Positions 1 to 14,192 of a DNA stretch of 64,000 bases are shown piece by piece. The DNA is from the human T2T-CHM13v2.0 reference genome, Homo sapiens, in assembly GCF_009914755.1 (NCBI RefSeq), contig NC_060930.1; one strand, written 5' to 3'. Position numbers and translations under genes: made by a program. Numbering within the stretch: position 1 is the stretch's first letter; each line of letters begins with the position of its first letter. The notes beneath the pieces were generated by a model that searched no databases, was not told the DNA's origin, and worked only from the letters and a program-made list of their open reading frames with translations.

Positions 1-319
1 CAAGAAGATATAGTTTTTTTAAAAAACTTAATAAGTAAATTAAAATAGAATACAAAAAATAGTCGACCCACAAGAAAGCAGAAAGGAGAAAACAGGGACT
101 AATAACAGAAGGCAGAAATAAAAATCAAATAATGAAACCTCTAAATTCAAAAATATCAATAATTACACTAAATGTAAATAATCTAAACATATCAATTAAA
201 AATCAGAAATTATCAGAATGAAAAAAATAAACAAGACCCAACAATATGCTGTATAATGATATAAATACGATAATAGTAAATGAAATGCCTTTCAAATGTA
301 AATTTTTTTAAAAAGCTAG

Positions 320-622
320 GGCCAGGAGCTGTGGCTCACACCTGTAATCCCAGCACTTTGGGAGGCCAAGGCAAGTTGATCACCTGAGGTCAGGAGTTCG
401 AAACCAACCTGGCCAACATTGTGAAACCCATCTCTACTAAAACTAGAAAAAATTAGCTGGGCGTGGTGGCGGGTGCCTGCAATCCCAGCTACTCAGGAGG
501 CTGAGGCAGGATAATGAATAGCTTGAACTCGGGAGGCGGAGGTTGCAGTGAACCGAGATCATGCCATTGCACTCCAGCCTGAGCAACAAGAGCGAGATTC
601 TGCCTCACCAAAAAAAAAAAAA
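320..622 (+). mobile_element. AluS
   Basis: Full dimer with poly(A). TSD AAAAAGCTAG (310-319 / 623-632). Confidence 0.95.
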
Positions 623-1406
623 AAAAAGCTAGAATGGCAATGTTAATATTAAACAAGTTAGATTTCAGAGTAAGAAAAATTACCAGGGATAAAGAGGAGG
701 GCATTTTACAATGATAAAAGGGTCAAGTCACCAAGAAGACATAACACTCTTAAATGAGAATGCACTTAACAACAGCGCTTCAACATACCTGAAGCAAAAA
801 CTGATAGAATTGAATAGAGAAAAAGACAAAATCTGTAATTATAGTTGGAGATTTCAATACTCTTCTTTAAGTAATTGGTAGGAGAAGTTTTCAGATTAGC
901 AAGCATGTAGAAGAACTGAACAACGCTATCAACAAACTGGATCTAATTAGCATTACAGAATGCTCCACATATCAACAGCAGAATACACATTCTTTTCAAG
1001 TGCACATAGAACACTCACCAATATAGACCATTTCCTCGGTCATAAGAGAAACTTCAACAAACTTTAAAAATTGAAGTCATACTAAGTATATTCTCTAACC
1101 ACGACAGAATTAAATTAAAAGACAATAACAAAAATATAACTGGAAAACCTCCAAATACTAGAAATAAAGCAACACACGTAAAAATAATTCATGGTCCAGA
1201 GGAAGTCTCAAGGAATATTAGAAGATATTTGAACTGAACAAAGATAAAAGCACAACAAACTGAAATTTGTGAGATGCAGCTAATGTAGTGTTTAAAGAGC
1301 ATTTTATAACACCAAAACATGTATATTAGAAAAAAAGAAAGGTCTTATCAATCCAAGTTCCATCTTGAGAAACTACAAAAGTAGAAAAAAATAAAAGAGC
1401 AAAATG

Positions 1407-1854
<448 letters not shown>

Positions 1855-2120
1855 TCACTACAGACTCTGGCATTAGAAGGATAATGACAGAATACTATTC
1901 CCAACTCTATACACATCAACCCAACAACTTAGATAAAATGGACCAATTCCTTGAAAGCCACAAACTACCAAAACTCACACAAAAAGCAGATAACTTGAAG
2001 AGTCCTGTATCTACTCAATAAATTCACTTTGTAATTTAAAACCTTCCAAAAAAGAAATCTCCCAGCCCAGACAGCTTCACTAACAAAAAATATATATGTT
2101 ATTATTGTTGTTGGTTGTTG

Positions 2121-2410
2121 TTTTTTTTTTTTTGAGACAAGGTCTTGCTCTGTTGCCCAAGCTGGACTGCAGTAGTGCAATCACAACTCACTGCAGCCTC
2201 AACCATCCAGACTCAAGTGATTCTCCCACTTCCCTAGTAGCTAGAACTACAGGCATGTGCTACCATGTCAGGCTAATTCTTTTTATTTTTAATAGAGACA
2301 GGGTCTCAGTATGTTGCCCAGGCTGGTCTTGAACTCCTGGGCTCAAGTGATCCTCTTACCTTGGTCTCCCAAAGTACCGAGATGACAGGTGTGAGCCACT
2401 GCACCCAACC
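2121..2410 (-). mobile_element. AluJ-type
   Basis: Poly(T) followed by a diverged antisense Alu body. Confidence 0.9.
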
Positions 2411-3543
2411 ATTCACTAATAAATTTAATCAAATATTTAAAGAAGAAACAACACCAATCTCTTCCAGAGTACAGAATAAAAGGGAACATTTCCCAATTTA
2501 TTTTATGAAGCCATCATTACTCTGGTATCAGAACCAGGCATAGAGAGTACAGTCAAAGATAACTGCAGACCAATATCCTTCGTGAATACAGAAAAATCCT
2601 CAGCAAAATATTAGCAGACAGAATTTAGTAATATATAAAATGAATAATATACCATGACAGAGTGGGGTTTATTCCAGGAATACAGGCTGATTCAATATTT
2701 GAAATTCAATCAATGTAACTCACCATATTAACAGACTAAGGAAGAAAAATCACATGATCATATTGATTGAGGCAGAAAAAAACACTTGACAAACTTCAAC
2801 ATCCATTTATAATAAAAGCTCTCAGTAAATTAAGAATAGAAAGGAACTTCCTTAATTTGATAAAGGGTACCTACCAAAAGAAAAAACGCTACAACGAACA
2901 TCATACTTAATAGTGAAGGACTGAATGCATTTCTCTAAAATCAGGAACAAGACAAGAAGATCCACTCTTATCTCTCCTGTTACACGTGGTACAGGAAGTC
3001 CTAGCCAGTGCAATGAGAGTTTCGAGGAATGACAGTCTCAAGGTATAGGAAGTCCTAGCCAGTGCAATGAGGCAAGAAAAAGAAATAAGAGGCAACACAG
3101 ATTGGCAAAGAAGAAATAAAATGATCCCTGTTCACAGACAACATGATTGTCTATGTAGAAAACATGGAATCTACCCAAATAGCTCCTAGAATGAATAGGA
3201 GTTTAGCAGGGTTACAGAATATAAGGTTAAGACACAAAAGCAATCCTATTTCTACCTACTAGCAATGAACATCTGGAAACCAAAGTGTTTTCAAAAACAA
3301 TACCTTTTATAATTGTTCCCCAAAACAAAATACATAGGTATTAACATAATAAAACATATACAAGATTTGTATGGGGAGAGCTACAAATGTTGATATAAGA
3401 AATCCAAAACCAAATAGAGAGACCTATCTGTTCATGAATTGAGAGACTCAATGAAGTTCAATGTCCTCTCAAAACTCATCTACAGATTTAACCTAATACC
3501 AATCAAAATCCCAGTGGAATTTTTTGGCAGAGATAAGTAAGTT

Positions 3544-4140
3544 TGTGACTGGTGGGGGATCTTGACTATGAGTCCTCCAGGTTCTTGGCGTTTTGAACAA
3601 AGAAATGGACAAAATGCACAAACAAAGCAACAAAAGAATGAAGCAACATTCTTTTCATTTATTTAAACAAAATTTAGATTTTGTTTAAACAAATAGATTT
3701 ATTTAAACAAAAGTACACTCCACAGAGTGGGAGTGGGCTTGAGCAAGGAGCTCAAGAGCCCTTAGTTACAGAATTTTCTGAGGTTTAAATACCCTCCAGA
3801 GGTTTCCCGTTGGTTACTTGGTTGCATCCTACGTAAATAGAGGAGTGGCCCATGACCAGTCTGATTGGTTGTGAAAGGCAACCAATTAGAGGCTGAAGTG
3901 AAGTTACAAAGTTACACCCTATGCCAATCTGCGACTGGTTTTGGGAGGGGACCAATCAGAGGTACTTTCCATTTTTCATCTGAGATGCAGGGTTGTGGGG
4001 GCAGGTTGCAAAGGGAGTAGCCTCTGATCCTTTAGTTACTTGGGCATGAAGAGGTGGGGTTTTCCTTTTCACTCAGTTCTAGGAAGTCAGCCCAAATCGG
4101 CCTTAGGTTCTCTGCCTACAGATTCTATTCTCCCGCCTCA
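3544..4140 (-). mobile_element. MER51-family ERV1 solo LTR
   Basis: TG...CA termini. Minus strand starts TGAGGCGGGAGAATAG, the MER51 signature. 4-bp TSD AGTT (3540-3543 / 4141-4144). Confidence 0.85.
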
Positions 4141-4213
4141 AGTTGGTTTTAAAATGTATATATAAAGACAATGAAACTAGAATAGCCAAAACATTTTTGA
4201 AAAAGAAAAAATT

Positions 4214-4520
4214 GAGCCAGGAGCGGTGTCTGGCACCTGTAATCCAGCACTTTAGGAGGCTGAAGTGGGAGGATCAGTTGAGGCCAGGAATTCGAGACCA
4301 GCCTGGTTAACATAGTAAGACCCTGTCTCTACAAAAAATAAAAATAAAAAAATAGCCAGTGCAGTGGTGCCTGCCTGTAGTCCTAGCTACTCGGGAGGCT
4401 GAAGTGGGAGGATCGCTTGAGCCTAGCCTAGGAGGTCAAGGCTGCAGTAAGCTATGATTATGCCACTGCACTACAACCTGGGCAACAAAGCAAGACTTTG
4501 TCTCTTAAAAAAGAAAAAAG
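4214..4520 (+). mobile_element. AluJ-type
   Basis: Diverged dimer with J-type ggaggatcgcttgagcc. Confidence 0.9.
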
Positions 4521-4566
4521 TAAAACTATAAAACTTTTAGAAAAAAACACTCAAGAAAATCTTCAC

Positions 4567-4856
4567 GGCCAGGCACAGTGGCTCATGCCTGTAATCCCAG
4601 CACTTTAAGAGGCCAAGGTGGATCACTTGAGGTTAGGAGTTCAGGACCAGCCTGGCCAACAAGGTGAAATCCCATATCTACCAAAAATACAAAAATTACC
4701 AGAGCGTGATGGCACGTGCCTGTAATCCCAGCTACTTGGGAGGCTGAGGCACGAGAATTGCTTGAACCCAGAAGGCGGAGATCGAGCTTCTGCATTCCAG
4801 CCTGGGCAACACAGCAAGACTCAGTCTCAAAAAAAAAAGAAAAGAAAGAAAAAAAA
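4567..4856 (+). mobile_element. AluS with small internal deletion in right arm
   Basis: Alu body plus A-rich tail. TSD-like aaaa(t)cttcac on both sides. Confidence 0.9.
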
Positions 4857-6184
4857 AACTTCACAACCTGGAGTTAGGCAAAGAGTTTTAAGATATGACA
4901 CAAAAAGCACAATTTATATAATAAAAAAATTAATAAAGTGGATTTCATCAGAATTAAAAACTTTTATGAAAGGCACTATGAAGAGAGTGAAAAGACAAGC
5001 TACAGACTAGAAGGAAAATATTTGCAAACCATATACCTGACAAAGGACTTGTATCAACAATATGTAAAGAACTCTCAAAACTCAATAATCAAACACACAA
5101 CCCAATTTTTTTTAATGGTCAAAAGACTAGATACTTCACCAAACAGGATATATGGATGGCAAATATAAATCAATGGAACAGAATAGAGAGAAAAGAACAT
5201 GAAAAGAACAAAACATGAAAAGCTACTCTGTGTCATTTTAGGGAAATGCAGATTAAAACCACAATGAGATACCACTACATAACTACAGAACAAATAATAT
5301 AAAAAAATGCCTGATGCGGGTGAGGATACAGTGCAACCGGAACACTCATACATTGCTGGTGGGAATGCAAAATGATACAGCCACTCGGGAAAACAGTTTG
5401 GCAGTTTCTCATAAAGTTAAATATACATGTATCATATGACCCAACAATCCCAATAAAAAGGGACTACTGATCCATGCAACAACTTGGACAAATCTCAAAG
5501 GCGCTATGCTGAGTGACAGAAGCCAGTCTTAACAGGATATATGCTATATGATTCCATTCATGTGACATTCTGGAAAAGGCAAAGCTATAGCAACAGAGAA
5601 CAGGTGAGTGGTTGCCAGGGTTTAGGGGCTGGAGAGAGTGGATTACAAAGGGTGAGTTTTGGGGCTAGTGGAATTGTTCCATATCCTGATTGAGGTAGTG
5701 GTTACATGAATCTGTACTTATGTTAAAACTCACATAACTGCCAGCCCCTATGAAAAGCCAATTTTACTATGTTAATTTTTTAAAACAATTTTTTAAAAAA
5801 ACTTGACCACATCACTTTGCTGCTGAAAACCTTTACTAGCTTCCTAGTGGTCTTGGACAAAAGGCAGTCTTCATGGGCAGAGTCTCCAGCCCACCTGCCG
5901 GCCTCACCACCCCCCGCAGCTCTTCACTCTGCATCCCAAACACATTAGCCTTCTCCCTGCTCTGTGAAGGAATCTGCTCTCTCCCACCTCTGGGTCTTTG
6001 CCTATGCTGGGTCCCCTTCCTTGTAGCCTTTCCCTTCTGCTCCTCTGCAGCCAGCATTTGTGAGTTTTGGGGAGAAGTGTGTGGAGAGGTGCCCTCTGAC
6101 CTGTTTGCCCCAGGAGCTAGTGGGCAACTGCCCACCATGCCCACCTCATTCAGCCCTCCCCTCCCCTGCTCCTACTGCCCCTGA

Positions 6185-6506
<322 letters not shown>

Positions 6507-6539
6507 GCCATGGTCTTTAAAAACCTAGATTATAAAGTC

Positions 6540-6859
6540 GGCTCGAAGCAGTGGTTAACGCCTGTAATCCCAGCACTTTGGGAGGCCGAGGTGGGCAAAT
6601 CACTTGAGGTCGAGAGTTCGAGACCAACCTGGCCAACATGGTGAAACCCCATCTCTGCTAAAAATACAAAAATTAGCCAGGCGTGGTGGCAGGTGCCTGT
6701 AATCCCAGCTACTAGGGAGGCTGAGGCAGGAGAATTGCTTGAACCTGGAGGCAGAGGTTGAAGTGAGCTGAGATCGCACCACTGCACTCCAGCCTGGGCT
6801 ACAGAGTGAGACTCCGTCTCAAAGTAAAATAAAATGAAATAAATGAAATAAAATAAAAT
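6540..6859 (+). mobile_element. AluS
   Basis: Sense dimer with (AAAAT)n tail. 20-bp TSD AAAAACCTAGATTATAAAGT (6519-6538 / 6860-6879). Confidence 0.95.
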
Positions 6860-6929
6860 AAAAACCTAGATTATAAAGTAAACCTCAGAACACACAGGGT
6901 CTGACTAACGCAGGTGTCAGTTTCTAGCA

Positions 6930-7520
6930 GGAACCGGCCTGGGAATTCCCGGCCGCCTGGGAATCTGTATTTCAACATGACCCCAAAGGCCTGGGGAGGG
7001 GAAGGCGGATTGGGACCACCAATCGGGAGGCACCGCCCCATGTCCCCATTCCCCCCTCCCCACGCCCCACCCTTCCCTCTCTCAGGTGGGCGGGTGGGGA
7101 GACGCGGGGCCCAGGTGGGACGCCTTGGAACAGCACCCGCGTCTGCGCGGGGAGCGAGGCCGAGCCCTCTATTTAGAAGCAATTTGAAAACCTTTTCATT
7201 TATTCCTTTGTGAGGAGAGGGGAAAACAGGGCTGATTTCTCTTCAGATAATTCGCCGGGGCTCAGGAGCGCACAGGAAATGGCAGGCTTGAGCACACCAG
7301 GCAATTTGCTGAATTTCAGGGCCGGCGGCGCGATTGTTTGCGGAGCTCAACCCTGACCGCGCAGGCTGGGGAGGGGGAACGTGGGGAAGGCGCACCGCAC
7401 TCCCCTCCCCGCCCCGCCTGCGCCCCGCTTCTGCAGTCTGGGAGAGGTGTCTCTGGTCTCCCAGCCCAGGCCGCGGGCGGTCAGGATGGGGGTCGCCTCC
7501 CCGAAAGGCTGCGCTTCCTC
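6930..7520. promoter_or_regulatory. CpG-rich, GC-box-containing island-like segment
   Basis: Dense CpGs outside young repeats (e.g. gccggcggcgcg, ccccgccccgcctgcgccccgc) and GC boxes. Confidence 0.55.
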
Positions 7521-7829
7521 ATTCTTGCTGTCATCACCCCTCCTCAGCTTTCAGGGTCTCCCACTCTGGCAGAAATCACGCAGATCCCCTCCTCCAGCTC
7601 TGGAGGCCCAGCCTCCGCCCAGCCTCAATGCAGCTTTCAGCACCAGGCGGGCAGCAGGACTGCAAAGGCAGAAGCTGACCAGGGCAGCTAGCGGGGAAGA
7701 GTCCCTCTCCACCGTGGGGCTGTTTCCAGAAGGTTCCAGCAAGGAGGAGTCCAACAGAGCCAAGGAGGGGGATGTGCTGCATGGAGGAGCTGAATGCCAG
7801 AAGCCTGGTGGCAGGTCTTGGGGAGACCA

Positions 7830-8800
7830 CCCCAGACTCAACCCTGGGTCTCCGCTTCCTGTCCCTTGTACCTTCAAAACATATCCAGAATCCCAGGCTT
7901 TCCCACACCTCCACTGTTCCCACCCTAGCCCAGGACCCCATCACCACCTCCCCCTGGACAGTCATAGTCTTCTCACTGGTCCCTGGTTTCCTCGCCTGTG
8001 CTCTGCTCTCAGTTTCCCCTCAGAAGTCTCAGAAACCCTGGCAAAAGCATGTCCAATACTGTTGCTGTCCTGCTCAGAACCCTGCCCTGCTGTCCACTTC
8101 TGGCAAGTGAAACAGTGTCCATTGAGGCCTGTGCCCCTCCTGCGTCACTGACCCCCTCTCCCGCTCCCCTCCAGCACTGAACTTCCACTTAGCCTCTTTG
8201 CTGCTCTTCAAGCAGCTAACCTCACTCCTGCCTCAGGGCCTCTGCACTGGCTGTTCCCTCTACCTGGATGCTCTTCCCCCAGATAGCCACAGGCTCCTTG
8301 CCTGCTTCAGGCCTCTGCTCAAAGGTCACCGTCTCACAGAGGCCCTCCTGACCACCCCATCTAAAAAGCTTACCTCCTTCCTGCCACCACCCTGCTCACA
8401 GCCCCACTTCCCTGTCCACAGCACTCACTGTCATTTTAGCATTTGTCTAATACCAGCTTCATAAGCTCAACGTAGCCTTGATCTCTCTGGCTCAAGCAAT
8501 CCTCCCACTTCAGCCTCCTGAGTAGCTGGAACTACAAGTGCATGCCACTACGCCTGGCTAATTTTTTGTGTGTATTTTCTGTAGAGACAGGGTCTTGTTA
8601 TGTTGCCTAGGCTGGAACTCCTGGACTCAAGTGATCCACCTGCCTCAGCCTCCCAAAGTGCTGGGATTACAGGCGTAAGCCACCACACCTGGCCAGGACA
8701 GGATCTTTGTTGTGGTCACTGCTGTGTCCTCAGCACCTGTAGCACCTAGAGCAGTGCCTGACATAGGGTAGGTGCTCAGTCCATATTTGTTAGATGAATA
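7830..8800 (+). mobile_element. L2 3' fragments, interrupted by a partial Alu
   Basis: cctcagggcctctgcactggctgttccctct, and the 3' end agtgcctgacatagggtaggtgctcagtccatatttgttagatgaat. Confidence 0.75.
8462..8695 (-). mobile_element. Partial AluJ
   Basis: Antisense Alu lacking the tail end. Confidence 0.85.
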
Positions 8801-9099
8801 TGAGATCAAGGTCGGGATTCCCTTGTCACAGATAGCCCCTCTCACCGTCTTCATCCTCAAGCCCCCACCAACGAGCAGGAGTTGGATCTGGAGGGGAGGT
8901 GGGAGGGAGTCCGAGGAGAGCCACTGCCCTTAGACACAGCCCTTGTCCCCAGAGTCTTGAGACTCACTTCCTTGGTATGTGCCTTACCCTCACCTGGTCT
9001 CTCTCCAGCTCACCCAGGCTGCTCCTCTCCCCTGGGGTTGCCCCGCATGAGGGCTGCCTGGCACCCAGTGGGTGACACAGGCAGAACTGTCATGGCACC

Positions 9100-9620
9100 T
9101 ACTGCTGTGCCAGGGACTCAGCCGCATCACCTTACCAGACCCCACAATGACCCCGCGAAGTCAGTAGATACTCTGTCCCTGTTTTATAGGCAAGGAAACT
9201 GAGGCCCAAGAGGCTAAGAGGCTTGCCCAAGAACACACAGAAAGTGAGATTCTACCCAGGACACCGAACCTCAGCGACCCGTTTTCCTGATGCCACATGC
9301 CCAAGGTGCAGGCAGCCCACAGACCCACGAACGCTCAGGCCCACTCCCACCTTCCTCTCCCTGTCCCCCAGCCAGGTGTCCGTGACACCAGCACACATCA
9401 GCACACGAGCTGTGGTTATTTGTGAAGGAGGAGGAAGGAACTTTTGTGTACTGAGCTCCTGCAATGAGCTGGCTATCACGCCGAGTGCTGTACATACATT
9501 GCCTCTGTGAGCCTCTAGTGACCCCATTACACGGATGAGCAGACTGAGGCCAGACAGGTGAAGTAATGTGTCCCACCTGGCTTCGCTAATAAGTGGCAGA
9601 ATGGGGCTTTCAGGCAGGCC
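9100..9620 (-). mobile_element. Two MIR fragments
   Basis: MIR core ttttataggcaaggaaactgaggccca (about 9182) and acggatgagcagactgaggcc (about 9531). Confidence 0.65.
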
Positions 9621-10829
9621 CCTGAGATCATCTGCCAGGTTCCTGAGGCTTTCCTGCCCTCCTCCTACAAACACAGATGCGCCTTGCTCAGGAAACTGAT
9701 CATGGCAGCCGAGGTAGGCAGGGGAGAGGGAGTGGAGGCAGGCCAGGCCTGGCCACAAGAGGGTAGGGAGAGGCTGCTGTGTTGATTAATTTTCTGCCTC
9801 GGTGGGTCTGCAGTGCCAGCCGGAGCCCGCACAGTTGCCATCCAGTCTATTAAATAATTCTATCTGGAAAGAACCTGGCATTTGAGGGTCCGTGCTGATG
9901 GGCCTTTAAAATTTAATTGCCGCTCTAAATGAGATTAGACGTGGGGAGGCGGGCGGGGTGAGCCTAGATGAAAGGATGGTTGTGTTTGAGAAGGCGGTGG
10001 GGTGGTGCTTGGGGGGGCAGATAAAACAAAATTCTGTCAGCTCCTCTCAGCCCTGGCATTGTACACCTCCCCCACCGCCTGGGGTGGGAGAGAACCCAGG
10101 CCTGAGTCCCCAAACCTCCCCACACCTGGTAGAGCTTTGGCTCCCCTGTGGGCCCATGCCCCAGCAGTCTGTCACCTTGGGATGCCATTCTCCCTTCACC
10201 AGCTAAAACTCCTCATCCTTCAAGGCCTCACCAACAGCCACAGCTCTAAGGAAACCCTCCCAGGCCCCAGCAGAGCAGGTGGCCCCCTCCTCAGCAGGGT
10301 GAGCACCAGCAAGGAAAGACAACATTCCCTTTTGGGTTCTGAGGAATGCGATGTCCACTGGATAATAACGTGGCTGAATCATATTTTGAGATCTTAAAAG
10401 ATCTTTAAAAATGTGCCTGCATTTCTCTTTCCTGTTTCTTTCGGTTAAGTGAGTGGCAAGCTCCGGGCTCCCCTGCCTTGGGGAGCAGGGCCTGATGATG
10501 ACCTGCTCAGGCAGCTCCCGAGCCTGGGCGGTCTTCTCCCCCTGTCTGTGCCCTCTGCCCCAGGTTTCTTCTCACATCATTGAGACATGGATGCTTCCAC
10601 TTGCATCTGGCTTCCCCTCAAATCAGCTATTAGATCTTCACATAGCCCAGAACACCGCCACCCCTAAATACCATGGCCCACCAGCACCTTCCCTCTCTCC
10701 CTGAGCCCCTTTCTCTATTTTCTCATTCAAGCCTCCACACTTCTGTGCTTAAAAATAAAGTCACCCATTTCTCAGGAAATGATTCCTGCAAAGCGCACAC
10801 AGCTTTGAGCCTCTGAGCTCCTTAACTCC

Positions 10830-11280
10830 ACAAACATTGGCTGGGTGCCTACTGTGTGCAGTCATGGTGCTAGGGACAGCAGACACAGGAATGAACAAGA
10901 CAGCTCCTTGTGGAGCTGACATTCTGCTGCAGAAAAACAAAATACCCTAGAAAAGATGTAAACAAGATAATCGCAGAAAATGCGAGCTGCCATGGAAAAA
11001 AGATAATCCAAGTGGATGTGTGAATGGTGACAGAGTAGGGGTAGTTACACTGGATGAGGTGGTCAGGGGAGGCTGTCTGGGGAGGTGACACCTGAGGTGT
11101 GACCTGAGGCTAAGAAGCAGCAGACTGTGCAAAGCTCTGAAGGAAAGAAGCTCCAGGAGGACTGAGTAGGTTCAAAGGCCCTGGGGCAGGAGGCGGCTTG
11201 GGGGGTTGGAGCAGCAGACTTAAGACCAGGGTTGATCAAGGGTAGGGAGAGGAATGAATTATATGAGATAAGGTTGGTGT
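10830..11280 (-). mobile_element. L2 fragment
   Basis: gtgcctactgtgtgca...tgaacaagacag...ggaggtgacacctgag, typical of an antisense L2 3' end. Confidence 0.7.
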
Positions 11281-12497
11281 TTTGACCCCCAAACTTTGGC
11301 TCATCAGGGCCATCCCCGGGGCCTGTGTGGAGAGGAGGCCTTGGGTCTCACTGGTCAGGCCAGGTGGGTTATTTTGGTATGAGGGTCGGAGAGTCGATAG
11401 GGGCAGCCACATGTGATAGAAATGAGGCCATAGGCATCATCAGACTGCATAAACAGCCCTGGCAGACCGGCGGGATCCGAAGGGAATTCTAGCAGGGAGA
11501 TGGTACAGTGCCCAGGGCAGCACAACTTCTGGGCCTCTTGGTCAGATCCACGGAACAGGAGCAGAGGTGTTTCCCACCCAGGTGGAGACCAGCTCCTGTC
11601 CACCGGCCCTTCAACCCTGGCCGAGGACTCACGTCTTCCCATGCTTGCTGTATCTGTGGCTCCTTGCTCCCGCCTCACTCCTGCTTACACGTGGCCTCCC
11701 GTGCACGGCATCACATAGGCCTTCAGGTGGGCTGCTGAGCATCCTCCATCACCACCACTGCCTCTTCCTCACACTGCCCTCCTGGGGAAGAGTCAGCCAG
11801 GGGCTCCAGCTACCCCATTCACCCCTGCACCCACAGCAGTGGGGTCAGGCTTGGGGCCCAGGGACAGGCGTCCACCATGGGTGCTGTCATGAGGTGGCGG
11901 CCTGAGAGTAAGGAGAGGCAGGGGCTGCAGGCCCCGGTCCCATACCCCCACCCCACCTTGCTTAGAAAGAACTTGGAGTGGCAGCATCAGCCACTTCACC
12001 ATGGGGGCGTCCCAGTATGTTCAACAGTAAAACTCTTTTCTCAAATGAAGTCTAAGAGGAATCACAATGTGTAAAACAGATAAAAGTCATATTCTATGAA
12101 TACGAACGCCGGATATGTTCACATGCACGCCTTATTCTTACTGTAATAGAAGACAGCATTATAATAAGATTAGATCAGATGCGAACAAGGCTGTTTTGCT
12201 GACTGTGAGACAGAAATAAGGGATTACTGTGACGGTTTCCATGCTGCATCAGGCTCGGCCTACGAGTTCTTTCTGCACTGTGTTGTGTTGTACGCCATCA
12301 CTTATTCATACAGATAAGGAAGTGCAAGTTAAAAGAGGGGCTTTTGTTTTTCAATATTTTCCCTCCTTGCAAGGCTCTCAATTAAATGCAGATGTAGGAG
12401 AATCTTTAGCCCCAGAGCCACCCAAAGCAGCCTTTCTAGTGATTTTATGTGGGTTAAAAATTGTATAACATAATTGCCAGCCTGTATTTGTTTTTAG

Positions 12498-12862
<365 letters not shown>

Positions 12863-13014
12863 TGAAGTCCCTGCAGAGTGCCCCAGGGGTCTGCAGCCAT
12901 GGTTTGGAAGCCACCAGTGTAGTGACCACTCTCACTTAGCCATCCTTCCGCTTGGGGCCTGGGGCCCTGCCCCTGAAATCCAGCTTAGTCCATCTTTCCC
13001 AAAGACTCACACAA

Positions 13015-13220
13015 GCTCAAAGTTGGGAAGGACCCCATGGCCATGTAGTCCAAAGCCCACCTTCTGCAGGATTTCCTCCATAGCCCTTTGACAGCTAGCC
13101 CTTCAATCTCTGCTTGAATACCCAGAGTGACAGGGAACTCACCACCTCATGAGGCCACCTGGTCTGGTCCATTGTTGGACAGCTCTAGCTGTTAACCATC
13201 TCTTCCTCTCTGAGCCTGTT
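13015..13220. mobile_element. L3/CR1 fragment
   Basis: gagttgggaaggacc...tctgcttgaatac...gtgacagggaactcaccacctc...ccattgttggacagctct resembles CR1/L3 3' sequence. Confidence 0.55.
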
Positions 13221-14192
13221 TCTTTATCTATTGGAATGAACATAATAATATTTATCAAGCCAGATGGCTGTGAACATCGAATAAGATGACAGATACAAAG
13301 CCCAAGACACTGAGTCAGCGCATCTTATGTGTTCAACAATATTTAGTCTCTTGTGCCCTTTTCTGCCCTCTAAAGCCCTCATTTTGGAAGGGTAGACAGC
13401 TTTACGTCTGCAGGCACAAGCACACAGGGTGAAAAGTGCTTTGTGTGTGAAGGGGGATGGGGGATGCAGGCCCTTCTGGGACGACCCCAAGGGAAGCCTG
13501 CCTGGGGAGGTGGCCCACAGGAGAAACAGGGCCTGCGTTTTCAGCGAGCCTCACCAACTTCACACCCCCACTGCCCATCCCTATTCCTGGATCCCACTCC
13601 CCCACCACCCCCCACCACCAGCCTCAGAGCCTCATCTGTCTTCCCTCCTGTCACCCAAGCTGGAGCCACATGGAGGAGGCAAGGGGATTAAATCCCAGGG
13701 CTGCCAGCGCCCCCGCCAAGGAGCTGGCACTTCATTACCCCCCTGCCCAGCTGTCTGCGGCCATCGATCGGCCCTGGCCTGAGTGACCTCGATCGATGAG
13801 CAGCATGTTATTTACTGGCTCCTGTCCCGAGCCAGCTATGGAGAGAGGGGAAAGGCCTGGGCTAGAGATCACAGCCCACAATCCTTGTCTGAGGGCCTCG
13901 TTCCTGAGGCAGAGAAGTCAAGCCCCCAGCAAGCCTGGGGTGGGAAGGAAAGGAAAGTGGGTGGCAGGGGGCACTCTCCCAGGAGTCAGGGGTCCCGGGC
14001 CCAGCCCGGTGTGCATGGCTGCAAGACCTTGGATGAGGTCTCTGGGTCTTCCCTCTTGGGGCCTCAGGGCCCTCTATAAAAGGATCTGATGGATCCTACC
14101 AGATTCACCAACTCAGCAGCATGCAGAGGATGGAAGGAAACAAAGATGAGGCATGGGGCCAGGGTGGAGGCAGTGCCTGTCCAAAGGGGAGC

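Noticed and set aside
7636-7657. REST/NRSE site (TTCAGCACC...GGGCAG)
   Set aside because: Only the left half-site is good. The spacing is non-canonical and the right half is imperfect.
7381-8151. 256-aa plus-strand ORF
   Set aside because: Non-ATG start, GC-rich, runs into L2 sequence, and shows no recognisable domain or splice structure.
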